Shown: positions 12,635 through 28,191 of the stretch, in pieces | Position numbering within the stretch: the stretch's first letter is position 1 | Layout of the letters: every line of letters starts with the position of its first letter | DNA from: Paraphysomonas bandaiensis | Taxonomy: Eukaryota > Protista > Chrysophyceae | NCBI GenBank assembly: GCA_965644295.1 | Contig: CBFFRP010000078.1 | Span: forward strand, 124,001 to 188,000 | Direction of reading: 5' to 3' | Length of the DNA: 64,000 nt | Position numbers and translations under genes: made by a program | Notes under the pieces: generated by a model | The model's database searches: none | What the model was told of the DNA's origin: nothing | The model's input: the letters and a program-made list of their open reading frames with translations, nothing else

Positions 12635-12880
12635 GTCACCGATAATGGCTCAGAGGATTAGGACCAGGTGAAATTTTTTAGCTATAAGCAGTTGTGGGTT
12701 TGGTTGTCATGTGATCTTAGTGACTAATACTAAAAATGGATCCTACGGGTGTGCTTACTTACTGAGTAGTCATACTAATATATTGCAATATATTGTAATT
12801 GTATTGTTGAGCTGTTTAAAATCTCCATCAATAGTATTGATGGAACGCTATCTAACAATAGCATTACAATAATAGCCCTG
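12635..12880 (-). repeat. Dispersed repeat family 2 with CAGGGCT terminus (copies 30271-30490 +; partial 12482-12537 - and 16931-~17060 +)
   Basis: The reverse complement aligns over ~220 nt with 30271-30490 (CAGGGCTA...TATTGTTAGA.AGC.TTCCATCAA...AAGATCACATG.CAA.C.AACCCAC...CAT.ATCGGTGAC). Confidence 0.75.
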
Positions 12881-13637
12881 ATTACGACTATTACTGAAAT
12901 GTTCTTAATCAGTGACTTATTATTAATGTCATACTATTCCGACGATGATTCTTATTGAAAAGAAACATTAAACCACTATAGAGTGCTCCGTGATATATTC
13001 GAATCTACATTTCCTCCCAACATATCAACCCCATGTTTTTACCAGTACCGCTACGTGTTTAGTTACCCTCCATATCTTCTGGCCTTTTGGGAATTAGCGA
13101 AACAACCTCCGGATGGTCGAATCATTCACTCTCATATTCAGAATCTCAGTATTCTGTCTGTGTATATATACATATATCATAGTCGTGATTCCCATCACAT
13201 GAATGCATCTCGCTACATTATCATACGAAACAAACTATTCAAAGTGTTTCACAGATGAGTATATTGTAGTGTCATCTGATAGTGAACATGTCTGGATGTG
13301 CTGTTGTGTTCAGATTATACAGCAAATAATGGGAAGATGTTGATATCTTTGCATAGATATCGCTCCATACATATCGGAAGGCAGCATCTTATTTTTTCGG
13401 GTATAATTTGAAGCAAATATACTCTATATTAATGCAATACAACTACGGCTATAATACAGATAATTATTGTCTCAATATTAGCCTGTTTTTGGACCTGTAT
13501 TTGAGAAAAATATAAAAATTGCTTGTTTTATAGAAAATTATAGCAAAATCTAGACTTTTTATTAAAGAAAGTTATCAATAAAAACGAGTTGGTGACCACT
13601 CATTCATTGTCTAAACCTTTGCGTATATTGTGTATAG

Positions 13638-16380
<2,743 letters not shown>

Positions 16381-17112
16381 TACCACAGTCAATTTAATGT
16401 CTTGTACTGTTTGGGTGAATTTCCCCCTTGTCAGGGCGTGAGACATAATAAAGGATAGCTATTTGTTTTAAATATTTCTTCAGTTTCTCTGTATCCATCC
16501 ATTGTGGGAACTTGATATCTGACAATAGAAAACATAAAATCAACGACTGTTGTGCATATCGATGTATAAAGTATGTACTCATTCTGGCATCATACACTTC
16601 AGTAGGTAGATCAAAATTAACGGTGCAAGAATTATAATCTTTCGAATGCTGCATGATTACATAACGAATACTACTTATATATAGTTCATTTTTTCGGATT
16701 ATTCTTAGGCACTTGATATAACGAATATCAAATAGGTTATCAAGTCACAATATTACACAGTGTTACAGCTAAAGATTATTATTTAAAAAGCTATATATAA
16801 ACACAGCATCTACACCAGTAGGCCAGTAATGTCTGTGAAATTTAATGAAATGTATTTGATAAACTGAAATGGTGTGACTGTGATTGCCGATACTGAAGTT
16901 AATCAATGTGCTAAGTCGCAGTGTATGATGCAGGGCTAGGAAACAATATATTGAATTGCAATACATTGTACAATATATTGTAAAGTATATTGATTGTTCG
17001 ACCGGTCAAAAATCCCATTAATATTGTTTCTGTTAAAGTGGCTCACAATATATTGCAATATAAGTTTATGATGAGAAAAGTTTATCACAGTTTTAATTAA
17101 TTCTTTCTAATT

Positions 17113-20100
17113 TCACTTAATCATTTCAAATCCTGTTAATGCACTCTCCAGTTCACTGACCAAGGATTGAGAAAATCCAGTAGATGCGATAGTAGGAATA
17201 ACTACTTCTCGAATTAATGTTAATTTCGGTATTCCCTGCAAAATAAATAAGCGCAAAAAAGGATACCAATACAAAAAGTCACCAGCAGATCGGAATCGCA
17301 AGAATCTATGCATTCCCAAAATGTTGGCTTGGCTAATTGAGCTGTGGACGATTCACTTTGATTTCCATATGCAGATGACGTGGTGCGGAAAAAGCAATTG
17401 CTCAACCATCGCACTTTAGATTCCATGCCGTTCTACAACGAAAACTAAAAACACATTCAAATTTAAATGTACTGCACCCACCTTACAACAATGTCTAATC
17501 CATTCTGATAGCCATAGGCGTGCCGAGGTAATGTCACCATGAATGATGCTAACAGATAAGCTTTCCTTGGGTACAAAAGAGTTACAAAAACACTGCAACC
17601 TACTAGAAAAGCTACCTCAATGTGTCCAAGAGAAATATTGTGGCTGTATGCTTTTGCTGCATCAGATGCAGTGACGTTGACGCGACTAACATCCGCAACA
17701 GTGCGCAAGTTTACCCCGTTGCGTTTTATTATATCTGATGCGCTACGATTCGGCATGTCAGTAGAATTATCTGGGGTCATAAACATCCTATGACATAGAT
17801 TAAATCAAACACGCAGATTTACATAATCTCATACCCCCCCAAAAAGCCACGCATGTCAGCTATTCGAAACCACGATTTTGTATGTATACACAACTCAAAC
17901 ATTTGAACATCGCCACCTTGAGCACCACTGCTATGAATGGAAACAACAGGAGAGCCAGAATCATTCAGAAAAATACTTTCAATTATCACATCACTTTGAC
18001 TATTACATGATTTCGTAGTATTATTTCGCATTGATACCACTACAGGCTTCAGAGATGAGCGAAGTAGTAATGAAAATCCCTTATCTGTAGATAAACTATC
18101 TTTTTTAGAGTTAGAACCGAAAGGGACATACTGGTACAACCAGACATCCCCGTCACTTGTCACTGCCATAATTATACAAGACGAAGATGGAGTAAAAACA
18201 GCATCAACATAAACAACTGCTGTTCCGATAACTAGGCCAGGAAGTAATCGTACACCGGATGCAATCGCGAGGATATGAACAGTACCGTCTTGAGTGCCAG
18301 CAACACAAACTCCATCCATGCATTTGTTTGTATCAGAATAATTAATTCCGCAGAGTGAGAGTACAGATCCAAATACGTGCGTTTCCCAAACTCTATCGTT
18401 CAATGACTTCGAAGAATCCGTTGAACTCTTAACAGAAGACAAAACAACACGTGACATCTGAACACCAAAATTTTTAACAGATGCGTACTCAGATGGCAGA
18501 GGAACATTCTCAGATGTCAAACGAAGAGTTGACTCTGTAATTCCTAGCCCCTGGGAAAGGGAACGATACACTCCAGTCTTACTTGTACTGACGCTATGAC
18601 TCTGCCTTACAAGGCATGAATTTTTTTCGTGGGGAGGTCCATTTCGAAATGAATACTGTAAGTCAGTCATTTCCGAGTCTAATTTTATAACTACGTCACT
18701 TCTATATCTTGGAATGCCTTCATCACTTGGAGGGTTATAGCTAGATTTTAATCTTTTCGGTGCTACACTATCAGAAGAATTCTCACATTCAACATTGGGA
18801 CGCTGATGTTGATCTTCCTGTTGAACATTAACCACAGCCGGCTGGTCTACAACTATAGGTTGGATCCGTTTTTTACCAGATTTCGAAATACTTGTCTTCT
18901 GAATTAATTTCTTATTCAGTATATTGGGTTGAATATCTTGACTTGTCGCACCATGGTGATCATTGCTCACTTCTTTTTTTGTTGGTTGTCTATTATAGTG
19001 TATCACGGAAGGTCCATCAGGAAGGGCTTCTGGGGGCCTCAACATTTCATCCCTCCCTCGTCCATAGAGTTTACGCAAGTGTTTTTCAAAGTCATCCTGA
19101 TGCATCACCTGTGTTCCTCGAAGAAGAGACTCACCGCGCAACGAAATTATTGCAATAGTGCCATCCAAAGAACAGCACGCTATCAGTTCTTTACCCTGTG
19201 TAGCTGTAGGGTTGGACCACGATATATCCACAATAGGGCCATCAAAAACGTCATCGACCACGAGCAATGGCTTGTTCATTTCAGTCGACCACACGCTGAT
19301 GACACCACGCTGATCCCCAAGGGCAACAGTACATGCTGCTTGTTTTGTGTTCTGATTATACGAACCGTTTACGTCACTTTCAGACACTTCGGGTGACGAT
19401 TCTTTGCAAGAAATAAACATACGTGGGTTGAATCTACAGCAAACAGGTTGGGAACTATGCCCAACCAAATCAGCAATGCTACTCCAACATCCTCTCTTGA
19501 GAACCATGCCAGTAGGCTTTCCAGCTTTTGTCGCACATGAAATACACAAGAAATTTCCATCTGGTGACCAACTCAGTCTACGGAAAATCGTTTCATCGGA
19601 ACACCCTTGCATGGGTTCTGTTAACGTGCATTCCGCCTTCCAATTCTCACACTTCCACACAACAATTTTGTTATCAGCAGAAGCAGAGGCCAGAAAATTT
19701 CCAAAAGGGTCAAATGATATGCCCTTAACAAACGATGAGTGATCACTTAGAGTACGCAATGGGCTCAGTACGCGAGCAGAAGAACCAGCTCGCGACATCA
19801 CATCACCCCAAATCAATACAGTATTATCAATGGATGCTGAGGCCAATATATTTTTCGCGCTCCAAGCAATATCTAACACATCCATAGTGTGTCCACGAAG
19901 CGTCAAACAGCGGTTCCAATTTTCCTTCAAAACACAATAAAAACAATTCAGAAAAGAATATAACAGACAAACCTTATTTGCAACTTGTTGGCTACCAAAT
20001 GGAACAGATGAGAATGATCTGTCTGAAGCAAGTGAATAAATCAAAACGTAGCAATCATCTGATCCAGATGCTAAATATTTATCATTTCCAGACCATCGAA

Positions 20101-20397
20101 CAACATTGACAGACTTCTCATGAATGCTCATAGAAGCCAAAAGAGATTCCGTACAGTTCTGACTGGATAACAAGCATTCACTGCTCCATATTTTTACAGT
20201 AGCATCTGTATATTTATATATAAGATGAAATACAATGTATTCTATTGATTACCTCCACCACCAGTAGCCAGACGATTGCCATTATGTTGAAAATCTAGTG
20301 TATAGAGTGCATTGCGATGCCCTTTCCCATCAGAGTGACGTATAACATCAGGTTTTATTAATTGAATAGCATCTTCATCATCATCTGATTGAATCAT
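17113..20397 (-). CDS. HIRA: Histone chaperone HIRA (WD40 + B-domain + C-terminal domain); multi-exon
   Basis: First exon MIQSDDDEDAIQLIKPDVIRH...YTLDFQHNGNRLATGGG; VNVVRWS..YLASGSDD; FRRLSWSPDG; B-motif SKSGKKRIQP; C-terminal SLGHIE. Confidence 0.9.
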
Positions 20398-20627
20398 ATC
20401 TATTAATTAATATGAATTCAATGGAATGTATGGATTGTATGGATGATATGAAGGTATATATATGTAAGTGTGTTTCGGGGGGGTTTCTATATATAAGATA
20501 CTGTATGTATGATTTAATTAAAGGACTGCTGCATAGACATATGTGTGGTATACGGCTGTATATTGGCAGTGTTATTAGTTTGTATTTGAATGATTTCAGT
20601 TTTGAACACACAGCAACACCTGAAAGG

Positions 20628-21016
20628 TATACATACATACATACATACATACATACATACATACATACATACATACATACATACATACATACATACATAC
20701 ATACATACATACATACATACATACGTACATACATACATACATACATACATGCATACATACATACATACATACATACATACATACATACATACATACATAC
20801 ATACATACATACATACATACATACATACATACATACTACATACATACATACATACGTACATACATACATACATACATACATACATGCATACATACATACA
20901 TACATACATACATACATACATACATACATACATACATACATACATACATACATACATACATACATACATACATACATACATACATACATACATACATACA
21001 TACATACATACATACA

Positions 21017-21046
<30 letters not shown>
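20628..21046 (+). repeat. (TACA)n microsatellite, ~420 bp
   Basis: Read directly; it accounts for the spurious YIHT/MYVC ORFs in the track. Confidence 0.98.
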
Positions 21047-21048
<2 letters not shown>

Positions 21049-21205
21049 CTCTGCTCTTCTATACACGGAAATCATATCTGTATATACTCCTATGCATGCA
21101 TATATATATATATCATTGTCCGCTTGTGCCACTATACACACCACGACCAATATAACCCAATAAACCTTCATTTAAGCAGCTGAATAATCATTGCTTTCAG
21201 TGGGA

Positions 21206-22214
21206 ATGAATCTGGACACAACAAAGGTAATCTATATTCTAATTATTCATTATATTAAGATAATTCAATCTATTCATTAAGGTCCGGCCTATCCCATTAC
21301 AAGCCACACTTGTACTCGTTAATAATTTCATAATTAACACAACAAAATTTTTGAATAGTTTTTCGGAATCATGTGAAATAAAAATTGCGAAAGTTTCTGA
21401 AAAACTGAACGATCTTGAGGTGGTGTTGTCTGTATTAGAGGCAAAACTGAATTCCATTCCTGGTCTAGAGAGTCAACCTTCTGGTAATACTGAAGAAGCT
21501 AAAGAGGTACATGTTCCTGATGTACCCGATTCACATATATCAAATCCCGCGCCGGATATTGCTCAACCGGCAGTTGCACCTCCAGCAAATGTACGAAACA
21601 ATAACACGATCAAAGCTTCGGAGCACCCCGATTATGGAGAATTTTTTCGGCTTATTCGTTTGGGTGTTCCTGCACCTGTAGTCCAGGCAAAGGTTAGATC
21701 TGCTGGACTTGATCCTTCTGTATTAGATACGCCGGACGCTGAGTTGCCGATTGGTGGATCTGGTGTACCATTGTCTAGAAGAATATTCAACAAGTATGAT
21801 TCTGGGGGTTCCGGTTGTATAGGTGTCAAACAATTTCAACGCATGGCTGCCGATCATGGAGTTTGGCTTTCTGGAGAAGCCCTTGATCTTGCTATTAAAA
21901 TGATTGACCATGATGGCAATAACACCATTGAATATTCCGAATTCCTTAAGTGGTACCAGCAGTCAAGCTTTTCAAGTCTTTCATTAGATGATGATACTTT
22001 AGAAAGGCGTCATCAAGCTGCTACCTTATTTGCGAAATATGACGATGACAAATCTGGGGTTATCGATCGCTCAGAATTTGTTGGTCTTCATGCAGAGTTG
22101 AAGCTATCTGGACTAACTCAGCACAGCGTTGAAAAGGCCCTGGAAGATATGGATATGGATATGGATGGAAGTATCCAGTTTAATGAATTCGTCTTATGGC
22201 TTGAGCGGCATTAG
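21206..22214 (+). CDS. WASHC3: WASH complex subunit 3 (CCDC53) fused to a C-terminal calmodulin-like 4x EF-hand module
   Basis: MNLDTTK|VRPIPLQATLVLVNNFIINTTKFLNSFSESCE..LEAKLNSIPGL and HPDYGEFFRLIRLGVPAPVVQAKVRSAGLDPSVLDTPD are the two CCDC53 blocks; EF loops DSGGSGCIGVKQF, DHDGNNTIEYSEF, DDDKSGVIDRSEF, DMDMDGSIQFNEF. Confidence 0.88.
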
Positions 22215-22454
22215 ATTGGTGCTGTTCATGTGAGAGATTAAAAATCATGAATTACAGAGTTGTATAACATTATAACTGTGTTGCTGATGATATTGTAGTT
22301 TCTAAATGCCGTATGTAATCCGAGGTGGACGAACCTGTACTAGAATCTATTGACAGTCATTAATAAAAAGTATTTCATATATAGGAACTACTTTTCTACT
22401 CTGTTTAAGTTGTATGCACAACAATGACACTAAAAGTGTGGGTGCGGTAAAGAA

Positions 22455-22580
22455 CAGGGCTGCGTAACAATTAATTGCAATTAAATTCCAAATGTTTTTT
22501 CGCAATTATTAGCTATAGCTTGCGCAATTATAATTGCAATTAATTGCAATTTAATTGTGCCAATTATTGTCTAATTAACT
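22455..22580 (+). repeat. Dispersed repeat family 3 with CAGGGCT terminus and CAATTA subterminal repeats (second copy ~38411-38510)
   Basis: CAGG(G/C)(C/T)TGCGTAACAATTAATTG starts both copies and is followed by multiple (TTG)CAATTA motifs. Confidence 0.65.
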
Positions 22581-23041
22581 TAGTTACTCGTTACAAGCAC
22601 GTATAGCATCTTCAACCGTACTTGCATTCCACAGAAATCTATTAAAGCGCAAGAACATAACGGCCTCTAATCGATGAGGTGGCATAGACTTGCGCAGATC
22701 ACTCATGTTAATTTACTAAAGAATAACAAACAAATGGAGAGTGCGTTTGAGGTTCGAAAAAGATATAAGTATAGAATCTGTGCGACGAGTTCTCATAATA
22801 CATAAAGTAGCATTTCAGTTGTCCCCTGTCCTATAGAGCTTTACATAAGCTCTATATGTGAAAGTCTTCATATAAGTTCAATGACATAAACGTCGAAACA
22901 TCAGAGTTGTAACAAACGAAATAAACGAGGGGAGAATCCTTTTAACCACTAAATCGATATTCGACAAAAGCACTATATCCTTTAGAAATGCACTAAAGCT
23001 TTATTAATTACTAGCTTATATCACGATACTATATGTGAATA

Positions 23042-24000
23042 TTACATAAAATCATCCTCGTAGTCTTTCGCAGCACTAAATCGGACATAACGAAGTCAGT
23101 TTCTACTAATGTACATAGATCTCATACCTATCAGTCACATCTGATGTCATGTCGACATTCGACATCATTTGTTCGCTCTGCATCAACGACCTAAGAAAAA
23201 TTTAACGCATCCGCCATATAAAGTAGAAGTCTTATACTCACTCGTAGCTGCGGAGTTTGGCCTGCTCTTCTCGCTCCTTTTTCGCAAGTTTTTCTGCAAG
23301 AGCAGCCTGTCGCTTTTTTTCCTTCTGTTCGGCGCGAAATACCTTCGCGCGTTCCTCCTGTAGAGCCGCTAGATCCGGAAACCTCTCCTGTAGTGATTGT
23401 GAGGAAAATAACTCATGAAAAGGCGCATGAAATCTGTACTCACCACTTTAGTTCTGTTCAGCGCATTTACTATTGAATTATCTTTAACGACTTTCATTTT
23501 CCTCACTTTGCTTCTGTCATGAAAACCAATGGCTCCAACCTCCATTGACGGTGTCTTGTGTAAATTGCGCCATCTGGTGTACACAACATCAACCTCCTTT
23601 TTCTTACAACCCTCTATAGAATTCGCTTTAACAAGCTGAGCACACTCCATAATAGTCGCCGGAGATACCTGCATAAGTATAATACACATAATCACGTCGT
23701 CGAAATGAGTAATGTGTTTACATCTTCGAGCTTTTGGTCTTTTCTCAGTCGCAGATACACGTGTGCAGATGACAAATCATCTACATGAAACTAACCACAA
23801 GTAACCTATCATTGCATTGTCCATATTATCTTCTAACATACCCACATATCTTCTGGTAGACCATACTTGATAAGATCCTCGTTCTCATACTTATCAGCAC
23901 CCTATAAGTATATGTATATAAATACAGTCGTATTAGTGTACTATAAATACACTACCATGTATATAACATAGCCTTCACTACTCTCAAAAAAGAATACCAT
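23042..24000 (-). CDS. CCDC25: CCDC25/Jlp2 (NFACT-R domain protein); multi-exon
   Basis: MVFFF..GYVIYM|[20 protein letters not shown]|[15 protein letters not shown]...[14 protein letters not shown]...ends YEDDFM*. Confidence 0.92.
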
Positions 24001-24517
24001 AGTCTACACCTAAATCGTTTGTTTAATTACCAAAGAGTTCACACGTAATGATGATATATGAGGGGGGCTGATGCTATGGATGGAAGTATATGTTAAAACA
24101 TGCATTTGTTTCGTGGCTCTCTTATGTGTGTGTGTTTATTATCAGGTATACAGTGGTATACGTCATAGTACATACACACCATATGCACACAGTACTCTGC
24201 TCGTATGAGCGAAGATTTATAGAAGCGAGGAAAAATTGAGGATTTTACTACGAAAGTAAGTAAAAAAACAAGTACAGAATATGAAAATCGGGACACTCTA
24301 AATCCCCAACCTACACACTGTGTACGATCAGAGTGGCGACGGCTGCTCCTGCAGTATCTTCACTGCAACGTCACTCTTAATGAGATCTTCTATGGGCATA
24401 TAAATCCCCTCATATAAAGTATACATACATATATATTGGCTTATTACTTCAGAGTAGTTAGATTCGTGAATTTGAAACTTAAACTATCAGTTCTACTATT
24501 CATTTACTTTGATTACA

Positions 24518-24903
24518 ATGCATTGTATGCAAACACTGATAGCCGCTATGGCAGTATGTATTATTCATATTAATTCAGTTAACTGTGAAAAATGCTGTGA
24601 AGGAATCTGTGAAATAGATGGTGAAGAGAAATACTTTTCAATTGATAGTAGAACGAACTATTGTGGGGAGTGTTGTATGAGACCTGAAGACTATGATTTA
24701 TATCATAAATTCGAAAAGAATTTGTTACCTGCTAATGACACAGTAACGCCATGTCTTGATCTACACTACAATGTCTATTTGGAAACTGTTACCCATGGTG
24801 CAGGTATGTTGGATGTGTCATAAATATAAATACAGAATATAACATAAATTTTATAGGGAAGATTAAAATGACTCTTGACCTTTATGACGCAACTGATCCT
24901 TAA
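24518..24903 (+). CDS. Small secreted cysteine-rich protein of unknown function (2 exons)
   Basis: Hydrophobic N-terminus, CCEGIC, KYFSID..NYCGECCM.P.DY..YHKFE..L....PC...ETVTHGAG|KIKMTLDLYDATDP*; a GT-AG intron (~24805-24856) restores the C-terminus. Confidence 0.7.
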
Positions 24904-25655
24904 AGACTTACAATGAAATAAGTATAAGATATGTAACAATGTAATACATATATTGGTATTACCTTCAGATCATAATTCATGTTTGAGTTTCTTTGATATT
25001 TCCTCCCACTCACAACGAAAACTGATTAATAGCTTGACAAGTATGAAATTTGCGATATCGATATATCTGTATATCGGAAATGATTTATAAGAGTATATAT
25101 ATACTTAATTGAGCAGCATGGTGTAGCCTTCCTGTAGTGTTTTCCACAGTTAGACCCTTTACGAATAAAATCAAAACCGTTTTAGATAATTCCGGGATAG
25201 GGAACACTGTTTTCTGTATTATATTTTATGAAGGGGGATAGTCTGACCGGCTATTACGAGTATCCCCAAATAACATTGCGAAGCTAGCCTAGATATAAAC
25301 ACTAATTTAGCACACTATTTTCCAGTTCATATAAGTAGACGAAAAAGCATTATCACGATAGTTACTGATGAGTACTACCTGATACCTGGTCTTCAGATAT
25401 CTCCTGCTCACTTTAGTGTTAGGCATAAACGTAACAATTTTCAATTTCCTTTGACAGATTTGTATTAATATTAATAATATTTATCCTTGCATTTATGATC
25501 CAACTAAACTAGTAGGCAATGCGTGTAAATTCCACACACTCCATAACATCTTATTTCAAGAACAAGTCATATTGCTTTTCAGCCGACAGCAACGATAAGA
25601 AACGAATAGCTCGCACGATTTTATCGGAAACCATTATGTTCGAGGAGCAGCAACT

Positions 25656-26979
25656 TTAGTACTCAGGGTCGGCCCAGGGGGAAGTCTCATGGAAATTATA
25701 TTGAACGAGCCCTTCAGGCTGACCCCTTAACCACTTACCCAAAAGAGTGTCACCATTGGGGAAGTATAGTGCACCTTGACCGTGTTTCATTCCTTCTCTC
25801 CACTCCCCAACATATGTCATGCCTGTACCACTTGAGAAAAACTTCCCTTTGCCTGTGCGTATATATATCAAGGTCTCTCAAGATCGCAGGACAAGGAACT
25901 TACCATGTCTCTTGTCATTGGCCCACTCGCCTTCATATGTGTCTCCATTAGCATATTCCAATACACCTTGTCCACATGCTTTATCGGCTTGCCATTGACC
26001 TCTAAATTTGTCTCCATTGATATAAATTAATTCCCCTGTACCACTTTTCTTCCCCTCCGACCAGTCACCCACATATTTGTCGCCGTCGGCGTAAGTCAAA
26101 GACCCCGCACCATGTGCAAAATTTGCTTTCCATTGTCCCTCATAACGCTCCCCGTTAACATACTGCAGCACACCGAAGCCTTCTTTCATGTCGGAATTGA
26201 ACTCCCCGTCATATCTACAAACAGGATCACTTTCAAGGCATTGGTAATCAGGTAGCATTCAACCTGTTGCCGTTAGGGTAAATGAATACTCCCTTGCCAT
26301 GCATCTTCCCGAGAGCCCACTGTCCATCATACATTGACCCATCTGCGTACCAGTAACAGCCCCGACCGTGCATGCGTCCCTCTACCCACTCTCCTTCGTA
26401 CTTTTCTTGCACATCATTATCCTTGGAGCAGTATATCATAGCTCCTTTTCCATGGCGCTCGTCATTTCGCCACTCACCGTCGTACTTGTCACCATCGCTA
26501 AAAATACTTTATTATACACGTCGACAACAATAAAACAAAACCTGTAGAAATAAGTTCCATGTCCGTGACGTTTGCCATCTTTCCAGTCCCCAGTGTATTT
26601 ATCACCATTTGCCAGAAACAACGTTCCTCTCCCATTAATTCGTCCATTTGACCACTCTCCTTGGTATCTGTTCCCATTAGGGTACCAGCTAGTACCTTCT
26701 CCGTTAATGCGATCGTTTTCCCAGGTCCCTTCAAATTTTGACCCTGATAACCAGACATCACACTAGTGATAGTATCAAAATTATAAATTACCGTCCATGT
26801 ACATATAAACTCCTCTACCATGACGCTTTCCACGAACCCACTCTCCCTCATAGTATTCGTCATTCTCGTACAAAAGCTTTCCAACGCTGATAGAAAATAT
26901 TAATTACAACACACAACGTAATGCATAACAGATCCTACCCATGCATTATACCGTCTACAATCTGGCCTTGATACTGCAT
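25656..26979 (-). CDS. MORN-repeat protein; multi-exon
   Basis: Start MQYQGQIVDGIMHG|VGKLLYENDEYYEGEWVRGKRHGRG followed by many Y.G.W..G.(R/K/M)HG.G repeats; ends PWADPEY*. Confidence 0.9.
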
Positions 26980-28191
26980 TTTGGAGAAGTTGTAACAAAC
27001 CTTAAAGTGTTCAAAAGTGGTATAGGTGTACTTATAATTATGCAATGTATTGGCAGTAAGTATATTATGCTTTCACAAACACCACAGCTGTTCGGTCTAT
27101 ATACAATGTAGACAACACAACAACAATGTGGTGCAATATCAACGGCCAGAGTATATATATGTATGCATATGCATTTCACGGTAGTATATACTTGTATACT
27201 GTACTCTGTATTTATCGTTTTTTGGCGATAAAGCAATCACAGGATACTATACAGAAAGTATACAGCAGTACATATGGCAGGCAGGTGTAGTTATACTGCG
27301 GCATACAGTGTCGTCGAACAAAAAAGTTACAAAAAATCACAGCTAAACTAAAAAACTCTAGAAATATATCTAAAAATCAGATATCTACAGTAGATATTAC
27401 AGGAGCTAGCTACACCAGGAGCTACACACATCCGGATAATTGGATACAGCTGTTGATTTATATCTGCTACAAGTAGATTCGGATAGATACGTATTGTGTA
27501 GAGCACATTCAATTATAGTTTCGATCTAGCTGGAGCTTGCTACTTGACACTACAATATTAATACCCCGGGATTTAATAACAATCTATGCATGGCTCGTTT
27601 AATCAACATAAAACACTATGATCATAGTGTATGCTCACTGGTACACCCCATATAACACCAAGATTTGTCCACCCGTTAGAGAATGAAACCTATATCATTC
27701 CGCCGTTGTGTTACAGTTGCACTAAAACGAGAGAAATGTTACGGAAAAAACTTACACACAAATTAAATATGTAAAAGTAATGCATAGTTATGAGAAATTC
27801 GGCGTATTCTTTGCAAAGGTGAACACGGGAACAGAATATGCGCGTGATCTATGAGGGCAGCTACGTTGGTACACGGGTAGGCAGGTGCTAGAATACTGAT
27901 GGCATAATTTACAGGAAATTATACGTTTATAGTCAGATCAGATGTGGCTCGTATTGTAGAGTACCTTACGTACTTTGTGGAGCATAGTTTACGTATTAAA
28001 TAATAATGAGAGTATTATTACTAGCTCTACTAGGAACAAACACACCCTCATAAGGTAAATGAAAGAAAACCAAAATATTCTTCCTTACAAACTAATTTGC
28101 ATTCAAGAAATCCGATTGATCACAACACATGAAGCTTCAATCCTATACTTCTTTGACGATAGATAAGTTGTATTTTGTATAATTAGTGATA

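Noticed and set aside
20628-21046. CRISPR array or telomeric repeat
   Set aside because: Simple 4-nt repeat with no spacers, interstitial, and not a TTAGGG-type unit.
20381-21183. ORFs with YIHT/MYVC repeats (also 51982-52214)
   Set aside because: Translations of (TACA)n microsatellite, which has no stop codons in any frame.
24330-24377. Small hairpin AGAGTGGCG...TGCAGT-loop-ACTGCA..CGTCACTCT in a divergent promoter
   Set aside because: Short and single-copy; no tRNA, snoRNA or Helitron-end hallmarks.
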